A stretch of DNA of 55,801 bases, from assembly GCA_031423175.1 (NCBI GenBank), contig JANPEU010000459.1:1-55801 (forward strand), in the 5' to 3' direction. The notes beneath the pieces were generated by a model. It worked only from the letters and a program-made list of their open reading frames with translations. It did no database searches and was not told where the DNA came from. The translations under genes and the position numbers were made by a program. Position 1 is the stretch's first letter; each line of letters begins with the position of its first letter. Below, piece after piece: positions 54,933-55,801 of this stretch. The stretch comes from Bacteroidota bacterium. GTDB taxonomy: Bacteria > Bacteroidota > Bacteroidia > Chitinophagales > Chitinophagaceae.

Positions 54933-54946
54933 CTGCATAAAGTATC

Positions 54947-55741
54947 ATGAACATGAACCAGGATTTTAACCGCAATGAAGATGCAATGAAACTGTTGCTT
55001 AGCCGCATGCGGCAACGCTTTGATAAAATTGCTGAAGGTGGTGGTAAAAAAGCAATGGATAAGCAGCGGGAGAAAAATAAACTCACTCCAAGAGAAAGAA
55101 TAGAATATTTAATTGATGCTGATAAATCTTTTATTGAAATTGGCGCATTCGCCGGTTATGAATTATATGATGAACAGGGCGGTTGCCCCGCTGGTGGTAC
55201 CGTAGCAGGTATTGGTTATGTAAGCGGCAGGCAATGTGTTATTCTTGCCAACGATCAAACCGTGAAAGCCGGTGCATGGTTCCCCATCACGGGTAAAAAA
55301 AATCTGCGGCTGCAGGAGATTGCTATGGAAAATCATTTGCCGGTTATTTATCTTGTGGACAGCGCCGGTGTTTTTCTTCCCATGCAGGATGAAATTTTTC
55401 CGGATAAAGAACATTTCGGCCGCATCTTCCGCAACAATGCCCGCATGAGTGCAATGGGCATTACGCAAATAGCTGCGGTGATGGGCCCATGTGTTGCCGG
55501 TGGCGCATACTTACCTATCATGAGCGATGAAACACTGATGGTGGAAGGCAATGGTTCTATTTTTTTAGCTGGATCGTATTTGGTAAAAGCTGCCATTGGC
55601 GAAGACATAGATAATGAAACTCTCGGCGGCGCTGTTACCCATACAGAAATATCGGGCATTGCCGATTATAAATTCAAGACCGAACAGGTTTTTATGGATC
55701 TTATTAAAAAAATGTTTTCCATGATTGGTGACAAAGCATAA
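54947..55741 (+). CDS. Acyl-CoA carboxylase carboxyltransferase (beta) subunit, methylcrotonyl-/propionyl-CoA type: N-terminal half only, ended by an in-frame TAA
   Basis: Carboxyl_trans N-domain motifs (TPRERIEYLID, GGTVAGIGYVSGRQCVILANDQTVKAGAW, DSAGVFLPMQ, MGPCVAGGAYLP). The frame stays open after the TAA to the window end (AGFDRIGAKAPAKKVEELHG). Confidence 0.8.
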   Translation: MNMNQDFNRNEDAMKLLLSRMRQRFDKIAEGGGKKAMDKQREKNKLTPRERIEYLIDADKSFIEIGAFAGYELYDEQGGCPAGGTVAGIGYVSGRQCVILANDQTVKAGAWFPITGKKNLRLQEIAMENHLPVIYLVDSAGVFLPMQDEIFPDKEHFGRIFRNNARMSAMGITQIAAVMGPCVAGGAYLPIMSDETLMVEGNGSIFLAGSYLVKAAIGEDIDNETLGGAVTHTEISGIADYKFKTEQVFMDLIKKMFSMIGDKA

Positions 55742-55801
55742 GCTGGTTTTGATCGCATAGGTGCCAAAGCTCCTGCAAAAAAGGTGGAAGAACTTCATGG
55801 G

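Overview
This is a chromosomal segment of a low-GC, Bacteroidota-type genome. The taxonomic call is an inference from a CarboxypepD_reg-type TonB-dependent receptor, many SxC-lipobox lipoproteins, ECF sigma/anti-sigma pairs and TAnnTTTG -7 boxes close to start codons. Most of the window is housekeeping. It holds a complete histidine operon, hisG-D-C-B-H-A-F-(small ORF)-IE, at 16.1-23.7 kb, preceded by a His-rich leader peptide and a three-segment attenuator. It also holds guaC, dCMP deaminase, a DbpA-type DEAD-box helicase, hscB, tRNA-Leu(CAA), a DPP-IV-type S9 peptidase and an AI-2E transporter. Four things stand out. (1) Several families of short palindromic (REP-like) elements are present, including copies inserted in frame in hisC, hisH and a RAYT/IS200-like transposase gene (193-1032); the RAYT gene also carries a perfect 62-nt tandem duplication. 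(2) A 79-bp duplication of the hisF 3' end surrounds a small G-tract hairpin. (3) An AT-rich two-gene orphan island (about 52.5-54.9 kb) encodes a C2H2-like zinc-finger/coiled-coil protein and a 2-TM protein and is bracketed by palindrome clusters. This is my best candidate for an uncharacterised accessory system, but its function is pure inference. (4) An acyl-CoA carboxylase carboxyltransferase gene is interrupted by an in-frame TAA at 55739-55741. No CRISPR array, rRNA, prophage or recognisable defence genes were seen. All family assignments come from motif recognition by eye, not from database searches.
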